DNA from: Marsupella aquatica
Taxonomy: Eukaryota > Plantae > Marchantiophyta
Assembly: GCA_973895155.1 (NCBI GenBank)
Contig: OZ316895.1
Span: forward strand, 7,986,184-8,050,183
DNA: 64,000 nucleotides
Direction of reading: 5' to 3'
The stretch's first letter is position 1. Each line of letters begins with the position of its first letter. Made by a program: the position numbers and the translations under genes. This document shows positions 13,829-28,289 of the stretch, piece after piece. Below the pieces are notes generated by a model. It worked only from the letters and a program-made list of their open reading frames with translations, had not been told where the DNA came from and made no database searches.

Positions 13829-16800
13829 CTACATGACGTGCAACTTGACCAACGCAGCATATGCCCCGTCCTTCGCCAGCAGCTGCGAATGTGTACCTTG
13901 CTCTACAATACCACCGTTTTTCACAACTGCTATAATGTCAGCATTTCTTACAGTTGCGAGGCGATGTGCGATCACAATAGTGGTCCGGTGAACCATAATC
14001 CTATCCAGCGCCTCTTGCACGACCCGCTCGGACTCTGCATCCAATGCGGATGTGGCTTCATCCAATAGCAGAATCTTAGGATCCTTGAGTATAGATCTAG
14101 CAATAGCTACCCTTTGCTTCTGGCCTCCAGACAGCTGTGTGCCTCTTTCACCGACCCGAGTCTTGTAGCCCTCTGGTAATGCGGAGATGAACTTATGAGC
14201 ATTTGCGGCTTCGGCAGCTGCTTGGATTTCTCCTTCTGTGACTGCACCTTCCTTTCCGTAGACGATGTTCCAATCTACATTTTCGTCGAAGAGAACGGGC
14301 TCTTGGCTCACAAGGCCAATTTGCTGCCTGAGCCACTTCAGTTGCAGTTTCTGGATATTCACTTTATCCATGTAGATCGCACCGGACTGCGGCTCATAGA
14401 ATCTTTCTATTAAGGTAACAACCGTCGATTTCCCACAGCCACTCTCACCAACAAGGGCCAGCGTCTGAGCACAGATACGAAGGAGTCAAACAAAAGTATC
14501 ATTTCACCTCAAGCAAGCTGATAGAATTTACAGGCATTTTGGCTAGCGTGGATACAAAATTCCTGTCAAGAAACCCAACATTTGTCTACATTGAAACCCA
14601 ACGTTCATGAGTAAAAGGCACATTGGCTAGACGTGACATCAATCCTGCCAATACGAACGGAAAGATGATAACAGAACGTCGTAAGCCCCACATTAAGCAC
14701 ATTGTATAAAACTGGCACAGACCTGTCCTGCTTTCACTGTGAATGAAAGTTCGTGAAAGATCTGGACGTCCGGTCTGGTTGGGTAGAAGAAAGCAACGCG
14801 GCTGAACTCGAGCTCTCCCCTAGGATCCTTTATGATCTGTCCTGACATGTCACTTGGATCAATCTTCGACTTCCTGTCGACGATTGCAAATATGGAATTC
14901 ACTGCAATTTTGACCTTGGCAAAGTCCGGAGCCGATCCTGATGTTTGCGTCACACTATTGGAGCTCATTGAAATGGCAAAAAATACCTGCAAACATTTTA
15001 TCCAGTTCACACAATGACAATGAATGACCTGAGAATATTCCTAACTAATAAATGAATCAGGATGATGAAATAGGTAATAGTAGAAAAATGTTCATAAATG
15101 AAAAATGGGCAGGCATTTACCATAAACACGTCCTTGAATCTAAGCGTCCCATCCTGCACGAGCTTACCACCAACCCAGAAACAAAGCGCAAAGGTGGCGT
15201 ACAGAATAAAATTGGAGAAACCGAGGGCAAGCCCGGCGATAAGGCCTTGCTTAATTCCAGTCTTCACAGGACTCTTGCACTCTTCGTCATAGAGATTGCA
15301 TATTCTTTCTTCCGCGACAAAAGATGCAACTGTCCGTATACTGCTGACAGCATCGGTGGCAAGTCGACTGGCATCTTCATATTTCAGCTGAAAAACGACT
15401 CAGGCCTGTTATAAACTTGCAATTCTCAAGAGTGAATCGGGAAAAAAATATGGTCCCTACAGAAATCCTCCAAAAATGTAATTCAGAAGCAGAAGAAAAG
15501 CACACGTAAGTGGTGCGATCAACCCGAGACGAACCTTGACATCCTGAGCGAAACCCTTCATCCACTTAACTTGTACGTAGCTCTGAAACCCCAATAGAGG
15601 AACGACAGCGAGTACCACGAGAGCCAATTGCCAACTCGCGGTGAAAGCGATAATGATACCCGCAGTTACTGTGGCTACGTTCTGGACTAACAGAGCGAGA
15701 GCGTCTCCCACGACACCACGAACGGCGGCCGCATCTGCCGACAACCGTGAACTAATTGCGCCACTGAGAACAGAATGCAACAGAGGACAGCAAATTAAGT
15801 TCGTAACCTGCGTGCTAAATCAAAGTAGGTACTTTTCACGATTGCCACTGCAGGCAATGGAATATAAATTCTCCAGAAACTATTGGCTAGACTGCAGCAT
15901 TGCAAACTTTGTGAACGACAAGTGAGGCAGGCATCAAATCGAAAGAAATTCTCTGTTTTAGCCATCAACCTACCTCGAATTCTCTTCCTCATCGAACCAA
16001 CCAACCTCCTGGCGGAGGATGCTTTCAAAGGTCAGCCTACGAACTCGGCGAATCAGCCTTTCCCCGATAATTCCGAAGGTAAAGGTCCGACCCGGAGTAG
16101 CGAATGCCACTCCGACCCCAAGCACTACAAACATTTCTGCCCAAAATGCGATATCCTTTTTTAATTTATCAGGGGGTTCGAAAAAGGAATTGATCACGCT
16201 GGAGAGAAGCAGACCGAATACGGGGAAAACCAAGCCTGAACAAGCAGCTGCAACTGATCCAATGAGAAACAAAGGCAATTCTGGTCGGTTGAGCTTGACC
16301 AGGCGCATAATGGACACATCAAGTGCTTTTCGCCTCCCACCCTGTCCTCCCTTCCCTTCCTCGTCTTTCCCATTCTCTATGTCATCCCCAATCCCTGAAT
16401 TCCGGAATGGCACTGAAGTTCCATCAGCCCTCAAACTACTCTCCCCACTCAATCTCCTACTTCCAAATAGATTGTAACCGGACAGTCGTGCTCCGTGACT
16501 ACCACTTTTCCTCAATGAATGAAAACCACTGCTGTTCCGTTTCAATATTGGCGTCTCCTCCGAATCAGGCACATAATCAGGATCTGCGACTGTCACGGAT
16601 TTACCAGTTTGGTCGCTTCTCCTGTGAACCTCTTGTAAACGTACCAGTTGAGAGTACGCACCATCTGGTTTATGAATGAGCTCATCATGAGTGCCTGCCA
16701 AAAACAATTCTGCTTGTAAGAGTTCTTGCACATTGAATTCAAGACAATTTAACCTCCGTTCAATGAACAAAGATCACTATTTCCAGAGCAAGGTAGGATT

Positions 16801-19800
16801 AAAAAGGATATTTGTAAGACACTAATCTTCTCACCGGTTTCAACGATAACGCCACGCTCAACAACACCTATCATATCTGCATTTCTGATGGTGGTCAGTC
16901 TATGAGCTATAACCACTGTTGTTCGGTGCGTCATGATCCTGTCAAGAGCATCCTGGACTACACGTTCCGACTGGGCATCCAACGCACTAGTAGCCTCGTC
17001 CAATAAAAGTATCCGTGGGTTCTTCAGGATGGCTCGAGCGATTGCGACACGTTGTTTTTGGCCACCGGATAATTGAATTCCACGTTCCCCTACCAGTGTG
17101 TCATAACCCTGGTGTTCCAAAACATCAAAGGAGTTATTGAAAACTGAACAGCGGTCTTTGTAACGTTCCTCGACAGCGACCTAGAACCGGACGAAAATCG
17201 GTACTAAGAAATTCTGGCGATTGTAAGTGGCAAGCTGGAGAAAAAGCACCCACCAAAAAAACTATGTATGAATCAATGAAAAACTGCATGAGCTTCACAG
17301 TCGTCTGACTCCTGGAGAGGAACATGAAACCGAGGGCACAACAGGGCCCATCGGTTGAGGGAGGAAAAGGCTCTTCACCGTCATTCAAGCTCTTTGATAA
17401 GAGCTCAAGGGAACAGGACAGCGCAATGAGCCTGAAAAGGGGGCGAGAACCCGCTAATGTGTTCGATTGTGAAGCATATGAGTTTCGAAGGGAATAATGA
17501 AACTGCACCAAACATACCTGCGGGACATTGGTGATGAACTGAGCAGCATTAGCGAGAGTCGCTGCCCTTTCGATCTCCTCCATGGTTGCATTGTGATCAC
17601 CATATGCAATGTTCTCCTTTATGGAAGTACTGAACAACACTGGCTCCTGACTAACCAGTCCAATCTGTTGACGCAACCATTTAAGCTGGATGGTCTTGAT
17701 ATCCATTCCGTCGATGAGCACGGCACCCGACTGTGGGTCATAAAATCTCTCTATCAGACTGACAACCGTGGACTTCCCGCTCCCACTCTCCCCCACGAGA
17801 GCCACAGTCTTGCCTGATGGTATCGTTAACGAGAATTTGGAAAAGACGGCCACATCAGGTCGAGTGGGGTAGTGAAAGGTCACGTTTCGAAGCTCGACAT
17901 CACCCTTGATCTTATCTGGGACCAATCCGCTCATGTCATACACATCTATTGGTGGGTTTCGCTCTATAGTTTCGTAGATCTTGTAAGCAGCCGCTCTACC
18001 AATCGCAATTGCACTCAGAGACGGGGATGCCTGAGTTATACTCCTGAAAAAAGAAACAAATGGAAGATTTCACCGGCTGTCAACACACAAATTCATCCTA
18101 ATCAAATAGTTCGAATAGATTCGGTGAGTCTGCCATATTCCCTTGAATTCCGAATTTTGTGATTCTCACGTTCTGGTTTGGCAAGAATTTCTGGTTGTCA
18201 CGTTAAGCTTAGGTGAGACGAGCTCCAATAAGTTTTTATGAGCCGGTAGCCTTTCGTGCAGGGTGGAATTCAGGATTGAGTCAGAATTGCGTCATTTAAA
18301 CTTCACCAGGACAGTTCTAACCGCTAAACAAAAGCAGCTGGAGAGAAATACGAAAATAATGCCCTGGCATTTTAAATGTCCCACGAGATTCTCCCTCATA
18401 GAAACGCATACAGAAAGGGATTTGTTTTTTCTTTAAGGAGATACTAGGGTAGACGACCGTGGGACTAGCATGAGATTCACTATCGAAAGCACGAGCAGCA
18501 AAAGAAATTACGGTAGAACGGCTCAGTGCAACTTACATGGCTCCCATCAGTACGGCGAAGATGACATTGATGACTTGACCACCACTGAGACCGTCAGTGA
18601 CAACGAGCTGGGAACCGTACCAAAGGGCTAGCCCGTAAGTTCCAAACATGGTTCCCAAAACAAACCCGAACCCTGCTCCGGTGATCAGGCTCTGAAATAT
18701 GCCTGCTCTCTCAGCTTTTTGCAGCTCTCTTTCATAGTCTTGGACTGCTTTCTTCTCCCCCGTGAATGACGCAACCTACAATACAACCTGACTGTGAAAA
18801 CTAAGTTCCGCTTGGGCAGGCAAAGTAATGGTTTGTACTGCTAAGAATCCAATCAGCTCTCACTTGTCGGTTGAATAATAAAGATACCCATTTCATATCT
18901 GAAGGAAAACGAATCCAATCGGATACTTTCAAACGCAGCTTGGTCTAACAAAGTAAACTTCTCTGAGTATTTTGACACTGTATCCAAAAACATGTGTACT
19001 TTCTACCGCCTGATTTTTGTGTTTAACGAACAATTCGAAGAAAAAAGATTAACCACTAGAGCAGCTTTGTATTCTATCGACAAGAATACATCGCTGATGT
19101 AGAAAATAGCGGCGACTCGCACCTCTGAAAGGTTTTGGAGTACCTACGAACTGGGACTAACTTTCAACGAGTATAAATTCTATGTAGGGCACATCATCCC
19201 ATTCATGCTTAGTGTACAACATTGAAGAAATTGAATCAATCTTACTGTTCTGATGGAGCCAATGACTTGCTCCACGAGGGTGCCAGCTCCTGCATAAGCA
19301 GCTTGGGTCCTGTTTGACAATTTGGAAATGAACACGGCTGTCGTACCACCGGTGATGATAACGAGTGGCATTACTGACATAACAACGAGTGTGAGTTTCC
19401 AGCTCTTTATGAAGGCAACGACGTAGCCGCCCACGAAAGTTACGAAGAGCTGAATGAACTTGCCAGCCTGCAAACCACGTCGAGTAAAAGTTCAGCGATC
19501 TCGACCTAGCAAGCAAAGCTAAAGACAGCTGTGTGAGATGACTGCTTCTGTTCATGAAGCACTTTAAGAAGCTAAACATACTGACTACCGTAAAGGACTG
19601 CTTCTGGCAAGTTCTCGTCCCTGCACGCATGTAGTTCTCGTTCCCTGCCCTCGCTGGAGTCCCGTGGAATTTAAACTTTAAAATTCCATTCAGCTTAATT
19701 CCAGTCAATTCGATTACAATCCACTTCAAGTCAAAGACAATGGGTTTTAGCATGGAATGTTTCGAGGCTACTTCACGTTCGTCCTTTACGCTCTGAAAGC

Positions 19801-21397
19801 TCTGAAATTTCACCTTTTCTCCCATCGCATCTTGGATGAGCACAGTATCTCCTGACATTCGCGTGATCACCTCTCCAGTGGACGTATCAGTGTCGAAGAA
19901 AGCAACATCTTGTCGCAAAACTGAGCGCAGGTACATCGTTCTAATCCGAGCACCCTGCCGCTCTGCCGCGATCATGAAACATACAACCTCTGAGGTGATT
20001 ACATCCAAATACACACCGTTAGTATCCTGGCCTTAGTTTCTCACAAGAACTCCAAAATTAAGTAGTTTCCAAAGTATGACAAAATTCGTGAGGATCGTTC
20101 AGTTCTGCTGAAGAATTATTTAGGACATTTCTCCCGTTCGCAAAATGGTCCTGATTCGTTTCTGTGAAGTGGATGGATCTTATGACTGCAGAGCCCTAAC
20201 AACTACCCCCGCAATTACCAACCAGGAACAGGCATACTAGAGATTGGATTCTGCGATGAGATTCCGGATTATATTTTTTCAAAACAACCAATTCCAAGAC
20301 TGCAGCAATCGAAGAGTTACCAAGGTAGGAACAGATTGCGGTTGCGATTCCTAGATACACATACTCCAACGCAACCTGCACGTCAATCCACGATCACACA
20401 CATTTCTCGGAGTAAACAAGCGAGAACATTGTGAGTTCACGAGTACTAAACACATACTATACTTATGTGGTGGACGTGATCGAAGCGGACAAGCGTTAAA
20501 TATGTTTAAGGCGAAACGAATTGTTACATGTCGTTCTAAGACACCACTAATGAACATGACTGCTTCGTCCCCACGTATAAGGTTAAGGTGTGATTGGAGA
20601 GCGGAAAATCACACGAGTAGATCGAGGCCAAGGAAATTAAAAATTAAACGTAACTCGAATGGACGCACTAGACGAAGGAGTCAGCGAGATAAGAATTGAC
20701 TCCACAAGACAAGAAAATTTGTACTTTCTATATAACACCAAAAATCCATTGTTCCTGAGCGGGACGAAGCACTAAGAACAGAATGACTGCAACGTATGCA
20801 AATATTGTTAAACAATGTTCACTAATGCATAGAACAGCAAGTAATCAGCCCCATAAAATTGAACTTTCAAGAAGTACATGAACGGGAATTGAACATAGGT
20901 TGACATAGGAGACAAGATCGAGAAGTACATACAGTACTAATGGTGGTCATCAATTTATTTGTATCGTTCACATTGTTGCCAAATCCATTGATTAGGCTTC
21001 CGAATAGAACTGTCATGAGCGGCTGCGCTGCACCAGTAACAGCCGCGCCTATCGCTCCGATTACTAAAAGGAATTGATCAAGCTTATCTGCAAATTTGAA
21101 AAGCTGGAGAAACGACACAGCCTTCTCCTTCCCACCGTCCTTCTTCTTACGTTCCAGCGCCAGCGTAGAATCGTGCGTGTCACCACCGCCATCTCCTCCA
21201 CCTTTACCATCCGTTATTCTTGCACCTTTAATCTCACCATCTTCTGTGGTTCTGTAGCCATTCGCCTCGTCATTTGCACCTTCGTGATCGCCACCAATTC
21301 TCGTTTCCTGTAATCCGTTTGTTGCAGAAGCCATGCCGACGACCTCAGTCTCCAGATTGGTGACACCGGTCGGATCAGTGGTCCCATACTCGGCCAT
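13829..21397 (-). CDS. ABCB: Full-size ABCB (MDR/P-glycoprotein) ABC transporter, multi-exon, apparently intact (TMD1-NBD1-linker-TMD2-NBD2)
   Basis: ATG at 21397 (..[29 protein letters not shown]). TMD1 exons ([51 protein letters not shown]). NBD1 Walker [10 protein letters not shown], signature [14 protein letters not shown], Walker [16 protein letters not shown]2 ([23 protein letters not shown]). NBD2 GESGCGKST / LSGGQKQR / [12 protein letters not shown]. Stop at 13829. Resembles the plant ABCB4/11/21-like group. Confidence 0.95.
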
Positions 21398-22507
21398 TTT
21401 CGGCCCTGGTCAGTAAGAAAGAAATTAAGGCCGTCTATCTATTCAGATCCTTCCTTCCCACTCGAGGAGACAGACAATTCCCCTGCACTATCTCCAAAAG
21501 ACGGCACTAGACTGAGATCTACAATCACATCGAGGTCCAACATCCTTCTCGGAGAGAGAACAGATGAAGAAAATCACAGAATTTCTCCAGACCTGGAAGA
21601 ATCTCTGTTCTACTTGAAGGAAATGTTAAGCTCCGGATCTCATGACATAACTCCCGAGCTGCCTGATTTGGTAATGCCGCTTGCATTGGTAAAATTTCAC
21701 GCCCTACGCAATGACATGGCGTAAGCTGCACTCCTCGAATTCATCAATATTATAACTGCTGTACGTAGATTGATGCGTCCCTGAGTCCCTCCGCTCCCCG
21801 GAGTCCAGCAGCACTCGAATTTGTCAGCCCGCTAAAATTCCAGAGCGGCCTCTCTGCTGGCGCTCACTGGGCCCAACGTTGTCTCCGTCTTCTATCTTTC
21901 TTTCTTCGTCGTCAAAGTAGGTGTAGGAGGTCGCGACGTGGACAGCAGCTATCGCTCACTCATCCTCCCTCGAATGACTTGACCTTCACTTCACCGTTGA
22001 TGACTTCCTAGCCATCGCCGAAGGGGAACACAACACACAAGGGAGGCAATCCCGGGACTGCAAATTGCAGACGAGAGCGAGCGAGAGAGAGGACCCTGAG
22101 TGTTTTCCTGATCACACTCGCTTGAGAGGAACGAAACTGGGCTCAGAGCGCTGCCAAAGGCGTTCAACCGTCCGTCGACCACTGGATACGACGAGGAGAT
22201 GACAACTCCGCATCCCAACGCCGTCACCCATTTCCCGAATCTTTTCTTTTTGGCATGAACGGTCAACTCTACTCCGGCCTGCGTGCCCTCTGCGTGCCCT
22301 CTACCACGACAGACACGACTGTACACGACAGCACAAGTCACCAGCTATGTAGCTACTCAAGCCCAGAGGCACTATAACATAACAATAATAAACACTAACA
22401 AGAATATATACAGTAGCTGCCAACAAATTCTCAACTTGCTAGAAAGATGGAGGGAAGCTGGAGTACAGAACCGGCCAGCAAAGCAAGGCAAGAGGGGACT
22501 TTACAAT

Positions 22508-24430
22508 AATAAAGACTGGAGAACTGAACCGGGTCATTTCGAGGATTCTTGTGTCTAGATTTCATCTCAGCCGCTTATATCAGGTGGCCCGTCCATTTTG
22601 AAAGCTTCTCCCAGTGTAATCTTTGAGGTTTTTTTGCCAGGGTGGAGAATGTCAGCTTATGTGAAGGAGACAATGTTAAGAAAGGGTTTTATTTTATTTT
22701 CCCAAATTACTTTTTAACCATTGGATCTCTCCAGATTTAAAGATTACCATTAGATTCTGGGTAATGGGACACTGAGCACCTAACTAGTTAATTTTTGCCA
22801 AAGTGGCGAAAGTGCGTTTTGGAAGGTGGAATCCAGCGAAGATTTGCCATTAAAAAAAAGGCTCACTTCTCCCAATCCTACTGAGAAGCTTCTGCCATGG
22901 ACTGATCACTGAGAACTTTACGAAAAGGACTGGAGAACCAATCCCGGTCACTTCCAAAGATTCTGCATCTGGATTTCATTGCAACCACTTATATCAAGTG
23001 ACCGTCCATTGTGAAAAGCTTACCCATTTGGCCGTTCTTGTGTTGGTCTTTGGCCTGCCTTTCTGGGCCCTTTGGTTGTCCTCCCCTTTAATGGGGTCTT
23101 TTCCTTCGCCCCCTCTTTATTGGGTTCTTTGGCCTTTGGGACCATGTCTCTAGGTTTGGCATTCCTGTCTCTTTGGCAGTGTGATATATACCTCCCTTGA
23201 TTGAGTTTTGGCACTGCGATATATACCTCCCATATGTACCTCCCCTGATTGAGTCTGTTGCCCAAGGGATCATGTCTCCTACTTGGGGCCCTTTTTTTTG
23301 GCAGATTGATATAAATAAAATAAGGGGGTACTTTACCCCCAAAAAATGGAACACTGCCAAGATGCTGCATCTAGATACCGTCCAACCCACTTCTCCCAAT
23401 CATTTTGAGAAGCTTCGCCTAATCCTACTGGACCGAAGTGGGTCCCCCAAAATGCATGGACAAGACGTGATCAGTCAAGTCCAAGATTTTATGCATGATG
23501 TTCTTTGTTTTTTGACAGTTTGATATATATATATATTTCTTGTCATGTGCCTACTGGTCCGTTTTGGCTTCACGAGAAGTTATAGTAGAAGTTACTCCCA
23601 ACCTTACATGAACCCGAGTGGGTCCCCAAGATCCATGGACAGGAAATGACTGATCACTTCCACAATTTTGTCTTTAGATTTCATCCAAACCGTTCAGATG
23701 GTGTGACAGCCCATTTTGGCTTTACATGAAATTGAGAAGTCAATCCCAATCCAACATGGCAGGCTGAAGTGGGTACTCCAAAATGCACCCTTGGACAAGA
23801 AATGAGCAGTCACTTCTAGAATTTGGTCTTTATATTTCATCGCAGCCGTTCATATAGTGTGCTGTCCAAGGAAGTTAATCCCAATTGTACAAAGGACTGC
23901 AGTAGAGTGGGTCCCAAAAAATGCTTGGACAAAATGACTAGTCACTTCCAAGATTTCATCAGAACCGTTCATATGGTATGGTGTGACTGGCCATTTTGAC
24001 TTTATATGGAATCGAGAACTTACTTCCAATCCTATATGGACTAGTGGGTCCCCCAAAATGCATGGACAAGATATGACCAATCACTTCCATGATTTTCTGT
24101 TTAGACCTCATCAGAACCACTCAGATGTGATGTGACCGTCCATTTGGCTTGGCTTGACATGAATCGAGATCGTGGATGGACTGGAGTTGGTCCCCTAACT
24201 GCATGGAAAAGAAATGACCACTCACTTCCAAGATCTCCGGTCACAACCACTCATATCAAGCTTGATATCATGGACCAGAGCTTTACATGAAATAAAGAAG
24301 TCACTCCCAATCCTGCATGGCAGATTGGAGTGGGTCCTTCAAAATGCGTGGACAAGAGTTGATCAGTCACTGAAAGATTTTGTGTTTAGATCTCATCACA
24401 ATGGTTCACATCAGGTACATTCTGGCTTTG
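22508..24430. repeat. Degenerate tandem/dispersed repeat array (units ~110-180 bp) interrupted by small insertions
   Basis: Recurring blocks GTGGGTCCCCAAAATGCATGGACAAGA..CACTTCCA..TAGATTTCATC..ACCGTTCA..GTGACC near 23438, 23617, 23769, 23907, 24044, 24188 and 24329; related blocks at 22513 and 22929. Confidence 0.7.
22630..22863. mobile_element. Degenerate copy of the hAT-type MITE found at 24925-25201
   Basis: Shares internal blocks (GATCTC..CAGATTTAA..ACC.TTAGATT..GG.TAATGGG; GCCAAA.GTGGCGAA..GGTGGAATC.AGC.A..TT.GCCA.TTAAAAAAA). Termini eroded. Confidence 0.55.
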
Positions 24431-24924
24431 CAATTGACAAGGCACTTGAAAGGTCGGGACTTCCAGGGCAGGAGTCCGGCCTTGGCCCCTTGCCCTTGGC
24501 ACTCCTCAATAATTGCCGAAATGACTCCCTGAGGGGTGGAATTGAGGCATGAAAATATTGCTCAGCCAAAAATTGCCACCACTGCACTTAAAGATATTAC
24601 TCAGCCAAAAGTTGCCCCCACTTCACTCAAAGAATTGAGGCATGAAAGTCTCGTTCAGTCAAAAGTTGCAACTTGAGCGAACTTTTTCACTTGCATGAAA
24701 GGGGTCAAAAAAAGTTCACTTACAAGCCAATTTTTTTGACCCCTTACATGCAAGACTCTCCCCATCTTACATGAACTGCAAAAGTGCTGCCAGTTCACTT
24801 AAAATCCAATTTTTTTACCCCTGACATGCAAGACTCTCCCCAGCTTACGTGAACTGCAAGATCGGGTCCCGGGAATCTAGCCGGGATGCTTTTGTGGACA
24901 TTTAGTCCCCGCCAAAGCTTAGAC

Positions 24925-25201
24925 CAGTGTTTTTTTTAAGGATTTCATTTTTTCGCCAAGGTGGCCAATGTAAAATGTGTCAAGGAGAAGATGCTCAAAA
25001 GATTCTGTATTCAATTATTTTCCTGACTGTTAGATCTCCCTAGATTTAAGGCGGACCGTTAGATTTTGGCTAATGGGGCCTGGGATTAGGTGGAACACTG
25101 GCTAATGAGACAGCAAAAAAATAGTGAATTTTAGCCAAAAGTGGCGAAGGATTTTTTGGGAGGTGGAATCTAGCAAATTTTCGCCACTTAAAAAAACCCT
25201 G
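24925..25201. mobile_element. hAT-superfamily MITE (277 bp)
   Basis: TIRs CAGTGTTTTTTTTAAG ... CTTAAAAAAACCCTG. Perfect 8-bp TSD GCTTAGAC at 24917-24924 and 25202-25209; 8-bp TSDs and CAG termini are typical of hAT. Confidence 0.85.
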
Positions 25202-25840
25202 GCTTAGACCATAACTTGAGGTGGTATCTTGAGCGAAGTCAAAGAACCTTATCGTTCTGCCAATGCATATTGAATGTATTGCCTGGACCACTTTTGTTAC
25301 GGGTCTGGAGGCAGTCAAAATGGACCTTTGGATCAGGTAGGTAAAGAAGTGGGTCAATTTTTGTCGTCTCTTTCTTGTAAAGGTCCCTGAGTATATATAT
25401 CATCGTGTAAAGTTCCCTGAGTATATATCACACGGGTAGACATGATCCCAAAGACAAAAGAACCCAATAAAGGGAGGGAGAAAAAGATCCCAAGAAGACC
25501 AAACAGGCCCAACAAATCAAGGATTGTATCATGTATGAGTTGCTGGCCACTGCGGGTTTTAAGCATGACAGGCAGACAAAAAAACAGAGATTTAAAGATC
25601 GCTAGCAAACAAAAAAAGTAGATCTTGACTAGTACTGCACCCGGGAGACTCTCATGGCTATTTGGATAAAGTAGGTCATTTAGTTAGTCCAGGCTCTGCC
25701 TTTTTGCCAGTTAATTTTACATCAATAGAGTATGCACTGTAATGACGGCTTCTTTCAAGAAATTCAATATTAAAGGGATTCTTAAAGCTCCAGATATCAT
25801 AGTACTTAGTTTCGAGGCTGCTATATGAGGCTGCTATATG

Positions 25841-26096
25841 GCGGAACACCTATTGGTTGTCTTGTCTTATTCATGTTGCTTGTCATGTATTTTTATATGC
25901 TTTGACCTAGTCTAGGCTTTTGTTTTGGGTTATTTCAAATTTAGTAATTCCTTCTAACCCCCTTAATTGCGGAACACCTATTGGTTGTCTTGTCTTATTC
26001 ATGTTGCTTGTCATGTATTTTTATATGCTTTGACCTAGTCTAGGCTTTTGTTTTGGGTTATTTCAAATTTAGTAATTTCTTCTAACCCCCTTAATT
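25841..26096. repeat. 128-bp tandem duplication (2 near-identical copies)
   Basis: GCGGAACACCTATTGG...CCCCTTAATT at 25841-25968 and 25969-26096. Confidence 0.9.
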
Positions 26097-27677
26097 GTTT
26101 AAATGCCTTAGTTTCAATCAGGTAATTTAGAGTAAATGTTGATCTTTTTAGGACTCTACTTTGCTCTGCTCAATTTGTCCTTGTTTCTGAGAAGGAGAGA
26201 CTCTCCACCAGGCTCAACTGGGCAACTAGTTATCCCGGTTGGTTGATAACTTCACAATACTTATGGTTTATGTATCAATAAGTGTCACCTGAATAAAGAG
26301 CCCCTAAACATACAGCTCAAAATTAAAGGTTAAAAAGTTCACATATTTCTCTTTCAACAAATATTGTACCCACAGCACAATAGTTAAAACACAATCTACA
26401 ATAGTTAATGTAATTGTCTTTTTCAAAGTGAGAAAGTATTCTACCTCTGGTTGAAAGAGAATCACTACAAGACAAATAAACAAGCATGTTCCACATGAGC
26501 ATGCTATAATGCAGCATTGCATTGTGTTTAACACCAACAAGATATTGTGTTCTCCTGGACCCATAAGGAAAGGACCCACTCAAGACCGGCGGCCACAATA
26601 GGCCAGACAGAAATTGCAAATCACAGTCAGTAGGGTACGATGTGCTGTGCTATGTGGCAGTTGGAAGTACTTTCCATATTACCATTATTTAACCCAGTTG
26701 TTATTTTATATCACTCAGAAATGTTCCTTCTATTTATCTCTTTCTGAAGCTTAAAAATCGCACTGACCTGTCCGATTCTAGACGTCGTTACATCTATCTG
26801 TCTTGTAGTGATAGTGACATTTTTGTGTAAGACATCTTATTTTTTTACAATAAAATACAATAGTAGAAGTATAGTATATGCAAAGATTTATCTTCTAATA
26901 ATGCGTGGGATACAAGATAGAAGTAGGGCACAAGTAAAAAAAATACATATAAAGATCAGGAAAAGTACAAGTCTTATAGAATAAAGATATTGAATAGTTG
27001 TGCACATAAGATATTGAATAGTTGTGCACATAAGGTACACATAGTCACTTGCTTGAGGTAATGACAATCAATTCAACCAAAACCATAAGTTTAGCAGAAC
27101 TAATCATGGGAGAACTTAAGACATTAGTTGTCCACACTTCTCAGATCCATTTCCTGGTGTCAAAATGAACTCAAAATGAACTCAATTTTACCCCTGTAAA
27201 GTTGGAATATTCCATAAACTTGATTAAATTGGCCCTAATGTTCTTCCAAGAATTGTTGGAAATGAAGTAAGTAAAGAAAAAAGTAAGTAAGTAAACAATT
27301 AAGACAAAGCGAAAGGAAGCCAAGGGAAGAAAGGGGGTGGGGGAAAGCCAAAAGGGGGGGAAGAGGGGTGGTGGATTACTATATGGAGGGTCCTATATTG
27401 CGTGCAAGATTTTGGGGTCGAGACCCTGTGACACCTGAATTTTTCGCAAAATCAATGGAAGATGTAAATAAGATGCAAAGTTCACGAATTAATTGCATTT
27501 TGGTACCCAAATGCCCAACTTTACCTTGCTGACAATACTTGTGAAGGACGCTTCTGAGAGGTGTCCCATGGAGACCAAACTTATGAAGGACGATACTGTG
27601 CGGAAGTTCGAAGACAGATTTTTGTTACCCATTTACCCTAGTTATTTAGTGATCTTTTTCTACCTTAGTTTAGTACT

Positions 27678-28098
27678 TGTTGAGCATAGACGACGATCGC
27701 AACGGCAAGCCCATGAACCATCCAACGCACAATAGTCGACACAAGAGATACGTGGTTCACCTCCTTGAGGCTACGTCCACGGGAACACACAAGAGAGCTT
27801 TACTGAACTCTAAGCCCATCGGCTATACCGAGTCTCCACAGTGTAAGCTCTCCCTATCTCTCAAGTGGCTCCATAACAATGAGCTTTGGTTCTACCTCTC
27901 CAAGCACACATGCCTCTTATGATATAGTGTGCAACTTAGTTGTACCTAACCACATAGTTGTACCTAATCACGTAGTTGTACCTAACCACATAGTTGTACC
28001 TAATCACGTAGTTGTACCTAACCACGTAGTTGTACCAACCCACGTTGTTGTACCAACCACGTCATACCTAACCTAGACGTAAGAGTAAATACCCAACA
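27678..28098 (-). repeat. Copia 3' LTR, containing ~7 copies of an 18-bp tandem repeat (TAGTTGTACCTAACCACA, ~27937-28060)
   Basis: Direct repeat of 33752-34172. Confidence 0.95.
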
Positions 28099-28289
28099 AT
28101 CTTCCCCTTGACTCTGGTCTAGGGGAGAGTAATACTGCCAATGTATATGATCCCTCAGCGGGAAGTTCTGGACAGAAACCAAACCGGTTTCCCTCTCTAA
28201 CTAGAGCAAACCAGAACTAAGCCGTAGCCTAATACATAGGAATGAGGAAGAGCATATATCAGTAATTACAATGAATGTTTAAGAAAACT

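Noticed and set aside
16019-16679. Plus-strand ORFs overlapping ABCB exons (also 43774-44208, 48731-49015 and others)
   Set aside because: Antisense shadows of real coding exons.
27937-28060. 18-bp repeats in the copia LTRs and 51-bp repeats at 40735-40890 as possible CRISPR-like arrays
   Set aside because: Head-to-tail tandem repeats with no unique spacers, located inside LTRs of a eukaryotic genome with no cas genes.
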